A DNA stretch of 62,768 bases, counting the filler. It is 6 parts of 6 records of this genome, joined end to end, with 100 filler letters (N's around TTAATTAATTAA, not from the genome) between each part and the next. Parts side by side here need not be neighbours in the genome. Positions count along the whole stretch, not along the records: positions 25,939 to 42,603 come from SRR20825010_4196; positions 42,704 to 45,871 come from SRR20825010_4199; positions 45,972 to 54,790 come from SRR20825010_4200; 3 more parts are not named here. One strand, 5' to 3'. Made by a program: the position numbers and the translations under genes. The notes under the pieces were generated by a model. It saw only the letters and a program-made list of their open reading frames with translations. It made no database searches and was not told the origin of the DNA. Shown one piece after another: positions 36,950-46,441 of this stretch (position 1 is the first letter of the stretch; each line of letters begins with the position of its first letter).

Positions 36950-39900
36950 TCAATTGGAAGATTCGGTTGACTTCCAGCCACGACGAAATGCTTCGAAGGC
37001 ATCTCGGACTGGAGCCGGAGCTTGGCGTCTATTTCCGCTGTCTTGCAATCCTCTCAAGCCGTCTTGTTCGCCTGGTTTGGACTCAGGACGTATGGCCTTG
37101 GGAGCTCGCATGCCCAAACTACGCAGTGCTTCTTCAACATCGGATCGGTCCAAGTTTGGATTCGCACCCGGTTGGTCAATCGGTTTGACGTTTTGCCAAC
37201 GATCACGGAAACGTTGCAAGTCTTCGGGAGTCCACTTCAATCGACCCAGCAAATTTTGATCGGGATCCTGACGAGTCTCGTCGAGATAGTCGAGCACCAT
37301 ATCGGTGGCTTGCTTGGTGTATTCCAAGTCAGCCGGATCGGCCTTTGGCAGTTCGGCTTCGCCGTCGCCTGAACCATTCAAGTTTCCGCTGGCCGTTGAT
37401 TCACCGGTGAAGTTGGACGATTCGCTCCCGTTGGAATTGGACTGCGATGGGGTTCCATCGTTGTTGTTGCTTGCTTTTTCGGAGCTGCTCAGGTCTGAAC
37501 CACTTGGAGAAGCATCCGACGATGCATCTTGATTCGATGAGTTTTGATCGCCTGCCTGATCGCGAGGTGTTCCCTGTTCGGATCCTTCGCCACCGGACGT
37601 GTCTTGATCGCCAGAGTTGTCTTGGTTTCCAGAGTTCTGCGTGCCAGCGTCGGATGCGCCCTCCTGTGAATTATTGCTATCTTCCGATGAGGGCGATCCA
37701 TCCGGCGTTTGTCCGGGGTCTGCGGATGGTTGTTCTGAGTCTCCCGAAGCTTGGCTGGGCTCTCCCGATTGAGCGTCAGAAGAATCTGAACCGGATTCGC
37801 CCGACTCTTTTCCAGATGATTCTTCACCGGCATCAGCGGATGATGATGCATCGTCGGAAGGCGAGCCTTCGCCCGTGCCATTGTCGTTGGATGGGTTGCC
37901 GCTCGACTGTTCCGAACCATTCTGTTGAGCACCTGGATCGTTTGTGTCGTCGGATTGCGACTCAGATTCAGTTCCGCGTTGGGGACCTTCTTGCGAGTTC
38001 CCGTTTTGCGATGTGCCACCTTGAGGTTCCGGGCTGTTCGAGTCATTTCCACCAGGATCGTCACCGGACGGATTCTCTCCGGATGGTTGTTGGCCGCCTT
38101 CGCGTTCTTGTTGTTCTTTCAAATACTCGTTGATGCGTTCGAACGCTTCCGCGTCATCCTGCGGTGCGGATTGTGGTTGGGGTGAACCGCCGGATTCTTG
38201 AGAGCCTTCCGGCTTCCCGGAAGAGCCTCGCGAACCGTCTTGATTGCTTCCCGGCTCAGATGATTCCGAGGAGCCTTGTTCACCGACATCACCGTTTTGC
38301 TGGTTGGAGTTTCCTTGGCCGCTTTGTCCTGAACCATCGGTGGACCGTTGCTGGTTATCAGGCTCGCCCGCTTCGTTCTCTCCCGCTTCACCACCGTTGG
38401 AATTGTTCTGACCTTCCGACATGGCGTCCGGATCGCTCGAACCTTCACCGGGATTTCCTGCAGAGGATTCGCTTGAGTCGGAACCATCATTGTTGTTCGA
38501 ATTTGGGGCGCTGTTGCCGCCGTTTGATTTTGATGGATCGTTTGGATCAGAGTCGCCTTCCGGTGATTCGCCGCCCGATGAACTGCCATTGGAATCGCCA
38601 CCGCCGTTTTCGTTCGCGCCGGTTTGCTCGGAATTGGATTCGCCTGAGCCGCTTTGGCCTTCACCGCCTTGGCCACCTTGTTCGGATTGTCCGCTTTCTC
38701 CACTGCCACCGCCGCCTCCTGATTGGCTCTCCTCACCCGCGCCGGACCCATCGGGCGAACCACCATCGTCGGGTGTTTGCCCGTCGTTGTCGTCTTGCTC
38801 ATCGGGGGTTTGTTCTTCTGAATCGCGCCCGGCGACGATCTGCAACCGGACGGGGGCTGTCCGCGTAACGCCAGGCTGAATATTTGGATTGCTGGCGTCG
38901 CGTCGATTGTCTGTCGCGACTGCCACCACTTCGACTTCATCACCAACCATCAATCGTGACGCTCGCGAACCACGACGACCGGCATTGGCCAAAATCATGC
39001 GGGATGGGCGAAAACGATACTCCGCGATTTGGTTACCCTTCTCACCGGTTTCGCTCTTCCATAAAGATGCCCGAGCGATCAGATCGATCCCGCGACGGAT
39101 TTCGATTTCGATTTCGGACAATCCAAAGTCCACATCGGCAGCGTGAATCTCAAAAAGTTGTTGAGCGTCCATCGGAACGGGTTTGGGAGACCGTCGAGGG
39201 ACGACGATTGTGATCTCCGGCGGTAGATCTCGAATCACTTCGATCGGATAAACGATCGGGTCGGAATTGGTTTGTTCAGCTTGGTCCCAGACTCGAATGC
39301 GATAGCTTTCCAGTTCAACCGCACGCGTCGCCACCTCACCACTGCGCAGATCAAACGGCAACTCCAGCGACCTGCCATCGTCGCTCAGCGTCATCTCTCG
39401 GACACCCGCTGTCGCGCGAACTTCTTGGCCCATCGGTTTGGGATTGAATTCGACCACCGCACGAGCCACCGGTCGATTGACTCGTGCTCTCAATGTCACA
39501 CGTGTTCCATCGACGCCTCGAATGGAACCGCTGCGTCGAATGCGAGATGATTCTCCGGTGTACGACGGTGGTTGATATTCAATTTCGGTAACACTGACGA
39601 CAGGTGTGTCACGTATGGTCCATTCAAACGGTCCCGCGACCGCATCGCCGGCAACGATCTCGTAACGTTGGACACCCCTGGCTTGATGAGAGACATCAAT
39701 GGATGCGGTGTAAGCGATGGTCGCTGAGGTGCTGGTTGACTCGTCGATCTGCATCTGGGTGGATCGACCGTCGGCGATGGCGTTACTCGAAGAACGGGAT
39801 GATTCTTTCACGTTCGAATTCAGCCAACGGAACTCGACGGATTCTTCCTCTCGCAAGCCCCGGATGTTCGCAGATACCACCACCGTTCGCCCAGCCAGAA

Positions 39901-40636
39901 TCTCCGCATCACCGGGTTGAACGTCCGTGATCTGGACTCGGTTGGCAGGTCGAATGTTGGCCGTGGGAGCCAACACCCGCGCCGCCGATTGCAATGTGTT
40001 CTTGGGAGATGCGATCGCGTAGATCATCAAAACGGACATCAAAGCGATCGTTGCGATCCACCATCGCAGCAACCCGGTGGCTTCTTCGGGCAACGCATCA
40101 ATCGATCGCAGTTTCGCAGCGGTGGTCGCACCGATCGACTGGACGACTCGTTTGGACAGGTGACCTTTGGATGTCGCGTCGCCGGAGTCTTGCGCGGTCA
40201 ACGTGATGTAGCTGGAAAGAGCATGTCCCAGTTCGGGATGGTCTCGCTCCAGGGCACGCGCGGCGTAGTCCGCACGAACTGATGAACGCATCACCGGCCA
40301 AACCGAACGGACGATGTGAACCGTCGCTGCGACGATGGCGATCAAAGCAAAGGCCAACCGACCGGCAATGCCCGGTGACCAAATCCATTGGTCCATCACC
40401 ACCCAGGCCAGCATCGCGGCCATGGCCACCAGGACCCCACGAAGCATTTGACGTGTCAGTTCGGCTCGCCAAAGCGCGGACCGAGCGGCATCAATCCGGG
40501 TTTGGATCAATGTGTCGTAGGCCGGTTTCGCTGTGCCCGAGGGTGACCGAGATTCGGTGCCGGACGGCGATGTTTGCGAAACGGAGCTGCGGGGGGACGA
40601 AGCGACGGACAAGCGGTCTATCCAAAAACGAATCAA
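36950..40636 (-). CDS. Large membrane-anchored protein (DUF4175-like architecture) with long acidic low-complexity region; start uncertain
   Basis: Three N-terminal TMs, Ig-like segments (VQPGDAEI, YQPPSYTG, DLPPEITI, DVDFGL), about 500 aa rich in S/G/Q/N/D/E, and a helical C-terminus. Confidence 0.75.
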   Translation of the reverse strand: MIRFWIDRLSVASSPRSSVSQTSPSGTESRSPSGTAKPAYDTLIQTRIDAARSALWRAELTRQMLRGVLVAMAAMLAWVVMDQWIWSPGIAGRLAFALIAIVAATVHIVRSVWPVMRSSVRADYAARALERDHPELGHALSSYITLTAQDSGDATSKGHLSKRVVQSIGATTAAKLRSIDALPEEATGLLRWWIATIALMSVLMIYAIASPKNTLQSAARVLAPTANIRPANRVQITDVQPGDAEILAGRTVVVSANIRGLREEESVEFRWLNSNVKESSRSSSNAIADGRSTQMQIDESTSTSATIAYTASIDVSHQARGVQRYEIVAGDAVAGPFEWTIRDTPVVSVTEIEYQPPSYTGESSRIRRSGSIRGVDGTRVTLRARVNRPVARAVVEFNPKPMGQEVRATAGVREMTLSDDGRSLELPFDLRSGEVATRAVELESYRIRVWDQAEQTNSDPIVYPIEVIRDLPPEITIVVPRRSPKPVPMDAQQLFEIHAADVDFGLSEIEIEIRRGIDLIARASLWKSETGEKGNQIAEYRFRPSRMILANAGRRGSRASRLMVGDEVEVVAVATDNRRDASNPNIQPGVTRTAPVRLQIVAGRDSEEQTPDEQDDNDGQTPDDGGSPDGSGAGEESQSGGGGGSGESGQSEQGGQGGEGQSGSGESNSEQTGANENGGGDSNGSSSGGESPEGDSDPNDPSKSNGGNSAPNSNNNDGSDSSESSAGNPGEGSSDPDAMSEGQNNSNGGEAGENEAGEPDNQQRSTDGSGQSGQGNSNQQNGDVGEQGSSESSEPGSNQDGSRGSSGKPEGSQESGGSPQPQSAPQDDAEAFERINEYLKEQQEREGGQQPSGENPSGDDPGGNDSNSPEPQGGTSQNGNSQEGPQRGTESESQSDDTNDPGAQQNGSEQSSGNPSNDNGTGEGSPSDDASSSADAGEESSGKESGESGSDSSDAQSGEPSQASGDSEQPSADPGQTPDGSPSSEDSNNSQEGASDAGTQNSGNQDNSGDQDTSGGEGSEQGTPRDQAGDQNSSNQDASSDASPSGSDLSSSEKASNNNDGTPSQSNSNGSESSNFTGESTASGNLNGSGDGEAELPKADPADLEYTKQATDMVLDYLDETRQDPDQNLLGRLKWTPEDLQRFRDRWQNVKPIDQPGANPNLDRSDVEEALRSLGMRAPKAIRPESKPGEQDGLRGLQDSGNRRQAPAPVRDAFEAFRRGWKSTESSN

Positions 40637-41160
40637 TCAAACGCCGGAACCTGCCGATGGCGACCATAACGTTCCCGGCGAGGACAACGTTACTGTTTCT
40701 CAACGTTACTATTCTATTTGATCGGCGATCCGGTCACCTTGGAAGCATCTTCTGGATCAGGCGAAACATTTGTTCTGTCGGGCGCTGTATGTTATTCGCA
40801 AGAAGAAAGTTCGGTGCACCGGCCTTGGTTGGGTGACCTGAATCGCTCCAATCGGGGTGGCTTTGTTCGTTTACAACGATTTCGCGGGCATCAGTTTGGG
40901 TACAAACGACAGATTCGCTGGAGAGTTGTTTTCGGTGATCGCTCGTTGTGAACATATTGGGGGACCTAACACAGACGTGGATCGACGGGCGGTTTTCTGG
41001 CCGAAGATCTTTAGATTTGCTGCCGGCCGCTTTCAGTCGACTTTCCGATCCTGCCGCGTTGGGGCAAGATACAGTCGGCGATTCGTGAGATTGACACCGT
41101 TTTCAGTCTGACGCGGCACGGATTTCAACCTCAACCTTTTCCACCTATTCCAAATCGGCC

Positions 41161-42303
41161 ATGAGATACGCTTTTCGGCTCGCAGAACTGCTTGGGCACA
41201 CCCCTGATCGGCGCAAACGCCCCGGTACGATCAAAGCGATCGTCGAACACACCGGATTGGATCGACACCAGGTTGCTTCGCTACTCAAGAACGAAGCCAA
41301 GTACATCCCGTTGGATGCCCTGTCGCGTTTGTGCGATTACCTGATCGATCAAGGTCACGCGACTGCGGATCAACTGCCCGGTGCCTTGTTCGCTGTTAAC
41401 GCAGAAAACTTTTGGGAGCAGTTGGCTCGCCGCAGTGACATCGAAATCGTCGTCGGTGTACGTCAAGGCGAAGGCAACAACTCACCTGAGAACGCGATGG
41501 TCGTGGCCAGCGACTCGGTGTTGGTTGGCGAATTGCTCAATGGCATCTCGACGCTGGGTGGTGTCGCCAAACACATCGGCGAAGGCCCCGAGTCAAACGC
41601 AACGACATCGGTGCCGATGCCCGATCGCATTCAACAATCGTTGGTGTGGAGCCCCGGTCAGGTTTCTTTGGAAGACGCTCGCGCCCGTGCGACCGAAGTC
41701 TTCGAAGGATTCACCGAAGCCCAAGGCGACCGCGGAATGGTTTGCATCGGCAGCGTGAAGAGCAACCCAGCCGTCGAGCTGTTGTTCTCCGACGCGTTCG
41801 GGTGCACTCCGTTCGTGACCGAAGACGACGTTGATGACGTATCGGCCCGCAGTTGCCCGTTCTTCCTTCGCTATCGTGACAGCGACCCAAAACCGGGTGC
41901 TGCTTCGGCTGGGATGCGTTTGAGCAAAAACATGGACGCTCCCGAACCGGGCTTCTACTACGAAAAAGACGACGGCACGTGGGAGTACGCGGGCGGACAA
42001 GGCAAAGACACCGCGTTGGTGTTCTACCTGTTCCATGAAGCCCTCGGTCGCTTGGACATGGTGCTCAGCGGTTTCTCAGGCCGAGCCACTCGCTTGTTGG
42101 CCAAAACATTGGCAATTCGCGGCGAAGAATTCTGGCCACCCGTCTATCACGAAGCAGGCGTCCAAGTCGGTGCGTTCCTGGTTCAGTACGACGATGCGGA
42201 ATCCAAACCCAGCCGCGACGATCTGCTCTACAACACCGGCGGAGCTGCCAAGATCATGCCTCTGTCACGAGAAGCGATCGCACGCCGAATGGCTCGCCGC
42301 TAA
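41161..42303 (+). CDS. Cro/C1-type HTH protein with uncharacterised C-terminal domain
   Basis: N-terminal IKAIVEHTGLDRHQVASLLKNEAKYIPLDALSRLCDYL fits the XRE/YozG-type HTH pattern. Confidence 0.7.
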   Translation: MRYAFRLAELLGHTPDRRKRPGTIKAIVEHTGLDRHQVASLLKNEAKYIPLDALSRLCDYLIDQGHATADQLPGALFAVNAENFWEQLARRSDIEIVVGVRQGEGNNSPENAMVVASDSVLVGELLNGISTLGGVAKHIGEGPESNATTSVPMPDRIQQSLVWSPGQVSLEDARARATEVFEGFTEAQGDRGMVCIGSVKSNPAVELLFSDAFGCTPFVTEDDVDDVSARSCPFFLRYRDSDPKPGAASAGMRLSKNMDAPEPGFYYEKDDGTWEYAGGQGKDTALVFYLFHEALGRLDMVLSGFSGRATRLLAKTLAIRGEEFWPPVYHEAGVQVGAFLVQYDDAESKPSRDDLLYNTGGAAKIMPLSREAIARRMARR

Positions 42304-42318
42304 ACCAAAACCGAGCTC

Positions 42319-42344
42319 GTACGATGGACTTCCAAGTCCGTCGT
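42319..42344. repeat. REP-like hairpin 3' of the HTH gene
   Basis: GT-ACGATGGACTT-CC-AAGTCCGTCGT (one G.U pair). Confidence 0.6.
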
Positions 42345-42387
42345 CACCACATCTCGGGTGATGGATTTGATTTGCCAAACGTCGCAA

Positions 42388-42603
42388 CTCTCCCGAAACG
42401 AAGTTTGGGGAGAAGTCGAGCGATGCCGTTCAGGCGTCCGCGAGGGTGAGGGCCGGGCATGGGGAGGCGTCGCGGATGGCCCCCAAAAAATCTCGCTGAA
42501 CGCTCGCTTGCTGACCCCTCCCGCGTCTCGAGGTTATGCCGTTTTTAAGTACTGTGCTGCCAGCCATTTATCATCACCCTCCCTTTGGGAGGGTCGAGCG
42601 AAG
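42388..42603. repeat. Structured intergenic repeat(s), second copy truncated by the contig end
   Basis: Hairpins TCTCCCGAAAC-GAA-GTTTGGGGAGA and ACCCTCCC-TTT-GGGAGGGT (42576-42594), each followed by GTCGAGCGA. Confidence 0.6.
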
Positions 42604-42703
42604 NNNNNNNNNNNNNNNNNNNNNNNNNNNNNNNNNNNNNNNNNNNNTTAATTAATTAANNNNNNNNNNNNNNNNNNNNNNNNNNNNNNNNNNNNNNNNN
42701 NNN
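42604..42703. other. Artificial contig linker
   Basis: 44 N + TTAATTAATTAA + 44 N. Confidence 0.97.
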
Positions 42704-42725
42704 GGATGTCAGTTCCGCGTAGGTG

Positions 42726-42762
42726 CCGGGTGAGGGGACGCGCAATGCCCCGCCTCACCCGG
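42726..42762. terminator. GC-rich stem-loop 3' of dctP (terminator or mRNA-stabilising hairpin)
   Basis: CCGGGTGAGG ... CCTCACCCGG perfect 10-bp inverted repeat; no clear U-tract. Confidence 0.5.
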
Positions 42763-42774
42763 TCTTGAAGGTCG

Positions 42775-43758
42775 CTATTCCCTGGCGAAGAGGGCGCGCA
42801 GCTTCGGCCCGGTTTCCGGGCTCGTTTCCGAAACACCCTGCCAGCCTGCATTGCGTGCCGTATCCAGCCACTTCTTCCGGTCGGCACCTTCAAAGGTGAC
42901 GATCGTGTACTGGTCCGCCTGCTTTTTCTTGGCATTGACGACAGCGGCCTTGTCGACACTGACGGCCTTCTTCTCCATCTGCATGACGATGGTGGAGATC
43001 AGCTTGCGTGCCTTGGCACTCAACCCGTCCCAGCTCTTCTTGTTCACCAGCACATTGATGTCGGCGTCATAGAAACCGGGATCGACGCGGGTTGCGGTGA
43101 CTTCTTCCCAACCCGGACGCATGCCGGTGATGGGCCAGCCAAAACCGCCAACCGTGCCGTTTTCCATCAGGGCGTAGATCTGCGCCAGGTTGGAGTTCTG
43201 GGTGGTGGCCCCCAGGGCCTTGAAGAAATTGGTGTAGATCGGGGCCACGCGCAGATGCAGCCCGGTCAGGTCCGGCTTGTCGATGGACTTGCCCTTGCCG
43301 AGGTACAGGTGAAACGGCGTGCCGTAGTGAATGCGGCCCAGCGGCAACAGATTCTTGGCGGCGTGGATTTCTTCCATCAAGGCCCAGCCACCATTGGCGC
43401 GGATCTCGTCAGGGGTGCGTTCCAGCAATTTCCAGGCGTCCGATTCCGGCACCACGTTCTGGTAATAGGCACCGGTGCAGTTCACCAGGTCATAGACGCC
43501 CTGTGCCTGTTTCTGAACCATGGTGAACGGGCTGCCGATGGCTGGCGCACCGCCCAGATAATTGATCTTGACCGTCGTGCCGCCCTGTTCATTGATCTGT
43601 TTTACAACGCTCTCGAAGCGTTTGGAAAAGAACGAACCTTGCGGAAAACAGCTGGCGGCGACCAGCTCTGTCTGGGCGTTGGCGGCAGACCCGGTGGCCA
43701 GTGCGGCAACACCAATCGCAGCCGCCGTGATCAGCCCGCGGATATCAGGATAGCGCAT
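42775..43758 (-). CDS. dctP: TRAP transporter substrate-binding protein (DctP family)
   Basis: Signal peptide, DLTGLHLRV, FFKALGAT, IYALMENGTVGG and LVNKKSWDGLS motifs. Confidence 0.88.
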   Translation of the reverse strand: MRYPDIRGLITAAAIGVAALATGSAANAQTELVAASCFPQGSFFSKRFESVVKQINEQGGTTVKINYLGGAPAIGSPFTMVQKQAQGVYDLVNCTGAYYQNVVPESDAWKLLERTPDEIRANGGWALMEEIHAAKNLLPLGRIHYGTPFHLYLGKGKSIDKPDLTGLHLRVAPIYTNFFKALGATTQNSNLAQIYALMENGTVGGFGWPITGMRPGWEEVTATRVDPGFYDADINVLVNKKSWDGLSAKARKLISTIVMQMEKKAVSVDKAAVVNAKKKQADQYTIVTFEGADRKKWLDTARNAGWQGVSETSPETGPKLRALFARE

Positions 43759-43869
43759 GGCTTTCCCTCCCTGTCCTGTTGTTATGCTTTTTTTTGCCCG
43801 GCGACTATGAACAGCGGCGTCGGGCAGCGCAAGGGCAGGGGGAAGTTCGCGGGTGGGCGGGGCCGGAAA

Positions 43870-44742
43870 TCAGGCCTGCAGCGCACAGCCTTCCAGCGTG
43901 ATCCGGTGCATTTCCCGGCGCGCACCGTGATAATCATTCACGGCATAATGCCAGGTCGCGCGATTGTCCCAGAACGCGATGGAACCTTCGGCCCACTGAA
44001 AGCGGAAAGTATGTTCCGGTCGCGCGGCGTGGGCATAGAGCATCTGCAACAGCGGCGCACTTTCCGCATCGGTCCAGCCTTCGAAGCGCAGCGTGAAGGC
44101 GTCATTGACGTAGAGCGACTTGCGACCGCTGATCGGATGGCTGATGACAACCGGATGCACGGCATCCTGCGTTGCCGCATCCGCATTGCCCAACCGGCCC
44201 TTGAAATCCTCGCGGTTCTGCGCCGCGGCACCAAAACGATGGCGGCTGGAATGCACCGCACGCAGGCCGCACAGGGTTTCCTTCAGACCGTCGGACAGGC
44301 TGTCATAGGCCGAATACATGTTGGCAAACAGGGTGTCGCCACCACGCGGCGGTGTTTCGCGCGCCAGCAACATCGACCCCATGGCCGGTATCTGGTCGTA
44401 GGTATGGTCCGTATGCCAGCCGCCGCCGATATTGCCGCGCTGTTCCGGTTCCTTGATCACCAGAGCGATCTTGTCGTGGGTGTCCAGGCGGGAGAAGAAG
44501 CGGTTGACGTTGATTTCCCCGAACTGTTCCGCCGCCGCAATGTGCTGGTCCGGCGTCAGGTCCTGGTCGCGGAAGAACAGGACACCATGATCGCCAAGCG
44601 CCTGACGCAGCACACCGGCCGAATTGCCGTTCAGGTCGTTGGCCAGATCAATGCCATGCACATAGGCACCGACGCCGCCGGGGGTCGGTTCGATATGGAA
44701 TGTCTGCGTGCGTGCGTTGTCCGCCATGATGTCTGCTCCCAT
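43870..44742 (-). CDS. TauD/TfdA Fe(II)/2-oxoglutarate dioxygenase
   Basis: HGVLFFRDQ, WHTD (HxD), GGDTLFA, HPVVISHP..GRKSLYVN and WDNRATWHYA..R motifs. Start at 44742 or 44727. Confidence 0.92.
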   Translation of the reverse strand: MGADIMADNARTQTFHIEPTPGGVGAYVHGIDLANDLNGNSAGVLRQALGDHGVLFFRDQDLTPDQHIAAAEQFGEINVNRFFSRLDTHDKIALVIKEPEQRGNIGGGWHTDHTYDQIPAMGSMLLARETPPRGGDTLFANMYSAYDSLSDGLKETLCGLRAVHSSRHRFGAAAQNREDFKGRLGNADAATQDAVHPVVISHPISGRKSLYVNDAFTLRFEGWTDAESAPLLQMLYAHAARPEHTFRFQWAEGSIAFWDNRATWHYAVNDYHGARREMHRITLEGCALQA

Positions 44743-45137
44743 GATGCCGGTCTTGTGCCGGTACTTGTCTGGACACGGACTTTAACACGGTTGCATTAAT
44801 TGGCCCACAGGATTGTGGCACGGCCCGGTTGCGCGTGGTGGCAGGCAAGCGGGTCGAGGGCGTGTTCGGGGCGGTGCGTCTGTGTACGCCATATATCGTA
44901 TAATCAATATTATGGAAATAAACTAAAGCAGGCGGGCTGGGGATGGCCCGGCTGGCCAGCCCACCGTCTCTCAGCACCATCGGCGATCAAGCCATAAGCC
45001 GGGTTTGCCAACGACACACGGCGCGCGACCCAACGCATTCACAGCCCAGCCCGAAACTGGTTTCTCAACGGAGCTGGAGCCCAGAGCGTGGAACTGCGCC
45101 GAAATGTGCCCTCTGCTGCGTGCCGAGGCGCGCGCCC

Positions 45138-45871
45138 TCAGCCGCCGCGTTTCTTCAGTTCGGCCTGCAGTTCACTCAATCGGCGCTGGGTGATGGACAG
45201 GTCGTTGCGCAGCGCGTCGTCATGCGGGTGGCTGATGGCCAGGGTTTCGGCGATCCGGTGGCTGTCCACATAGCGGGCTATGGCATCCTTGATCCGCCCC
45301 TGTACCGCCAGCAGGTCACCGACCCGCTCCAGACTGATCGACAGGTCACGCTGGGCAGTGATCGATGCGCTGCCAGCCTCTGCCGCCAGTGACCGTGACA
45401 GCCGCACATCCCGCTCGAACGCGTCGCGGGCCGCCGCGACATGGCCATTGGCCAGCAACGCGTCGCCCAGATGCATGTAGGTAAAGGCCAGTTTCCGACG
45501 CCTGGCGCGGATATCGGATGCAATGGCGCTCGGGTCGGCCTTTGTGACGTCGCGATCAACACTTGGCTGCAGGATGGCGATGGCGTGGCGACAGCTTTCC
45601 GCAGCCTGGCTGAATGCACGCGCGCCCAGTTCGGCGTTGCAGGCGTTGCTGTATGCTTCGGCCAGGTCCAGCGCGGCGTCGTCGCGGTCCCTGTCGCTGC
45701 TGCCGCTATCGGCCAGCAGGCCGGTGCGCAGGGTCACGACGCGCGCCAGTTTTTCACGCGCCTCATCCAGCTTTCCCAGTTCCTGCGCGTACTGCCCGCT
45801 GTGGGACAGGGCGACGGACAGCTGCCAGTCATCGGTCGCATTGTCGATGGCGATACGTGAAACCCGGGCAG
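45138..45871 (-). CDS. C-terminal fragment of a TPR-repeat protein (5' end missing)
   Basis: Frame is open to the contig edge; repeats such as QRDLSISLERVGDLLAVQG and KLAFTYMHLGDALLANG. Confidence 0.8.
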
Positions 45872-45971
45872 NNNNNNNNNNNNNNNNNNNNNNNNNNNNN
45901 NNNNNNNNNNNNNNNTTAATTAATTAANNNNNNNNNNNNNNNNNNNNNNNNNNNNNNNNNNNNNNNNNNNN
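45872..45971. other. Artificial contig linker
   Basis: 44 N + TTAATTAATTAA + 44 N. Confidence 0.97.
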
Positions 45972-45972
45972 T

Positions 45973-46320
45973 AGAAGCTATTATCGTTTAAAACAAACTG
46001 ATTTTAACGGAACCTTTGATTTTTCTGAGGTGGTTAGTGTGTCTTATGAAAGGAAACAACTAGTGACGCCAAATTTTTTGATATACCCCAACTCTGTTTT
46101 GGCGGGCGAAACTATAAATGTAAGGCCAGAGGGAGAGTTTGTAGATGAAACTGCAATTGTTCAGCTCTTATCAATAGCTGGACATCGTGTTCTTGAATAT
46201 AAGATTCAACTCTCAAAACAAGCTTCATTTGAAACTCCTCAAGATATTCAGGCGGGCTACTACGTGTTGAGCGTAACCGGTTCAAGCTTCAAAAAGTCAT
46301 TCAAGATTATATTTAAATAA
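45973..46320 (+). CDS. C-terminus of a T9SS type-A sorting-domain protein (5' end missing)
   Basis: Frame is open from the contig edge: YYRLKQTDFNGTFDFSEV, then IYPN...GYYVL...SFKIIFK C-terminal domain. Confidence 0.85.
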   Translation, partial: RSYYRLKQTDFNGTFDFSEVVSVSYERKQLVTPNFLIYPNSVLAGETINVRPEGEFVDETAIVQLLSIAGHRVLEYKIQLSKQASFETPQDIQAGYYVLSVTGSSFKKSFKIIFK

Positions 46321-46441
46321 ACAGACAGCTTTAATAGAATGGGGATTGAATGAATTTTATGCCTTTTTCGATAGATAAAGCAGGTGGGACTCATGTTTTT
46401 CCTAGTTGAAAAAAATACAGACCAATAAATAATGTGGTATA

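Noticed and set aside
37350-38830. Tandem repeat or CRISPR array in the low-complexity region
   Set aside because: No fixed-length repeated unit at the DNA level; it is compositional bias within one open frame.
42358-42651. 97-aa ORF at the contig end
   Set aside because: Consists of palindromic repeat DNA and Ns.
43255-44799. 514-aa plus-strand ORF
   Set aside because: Antisense shadow over dctP and tauD in high-GC DNA where stops are rare.
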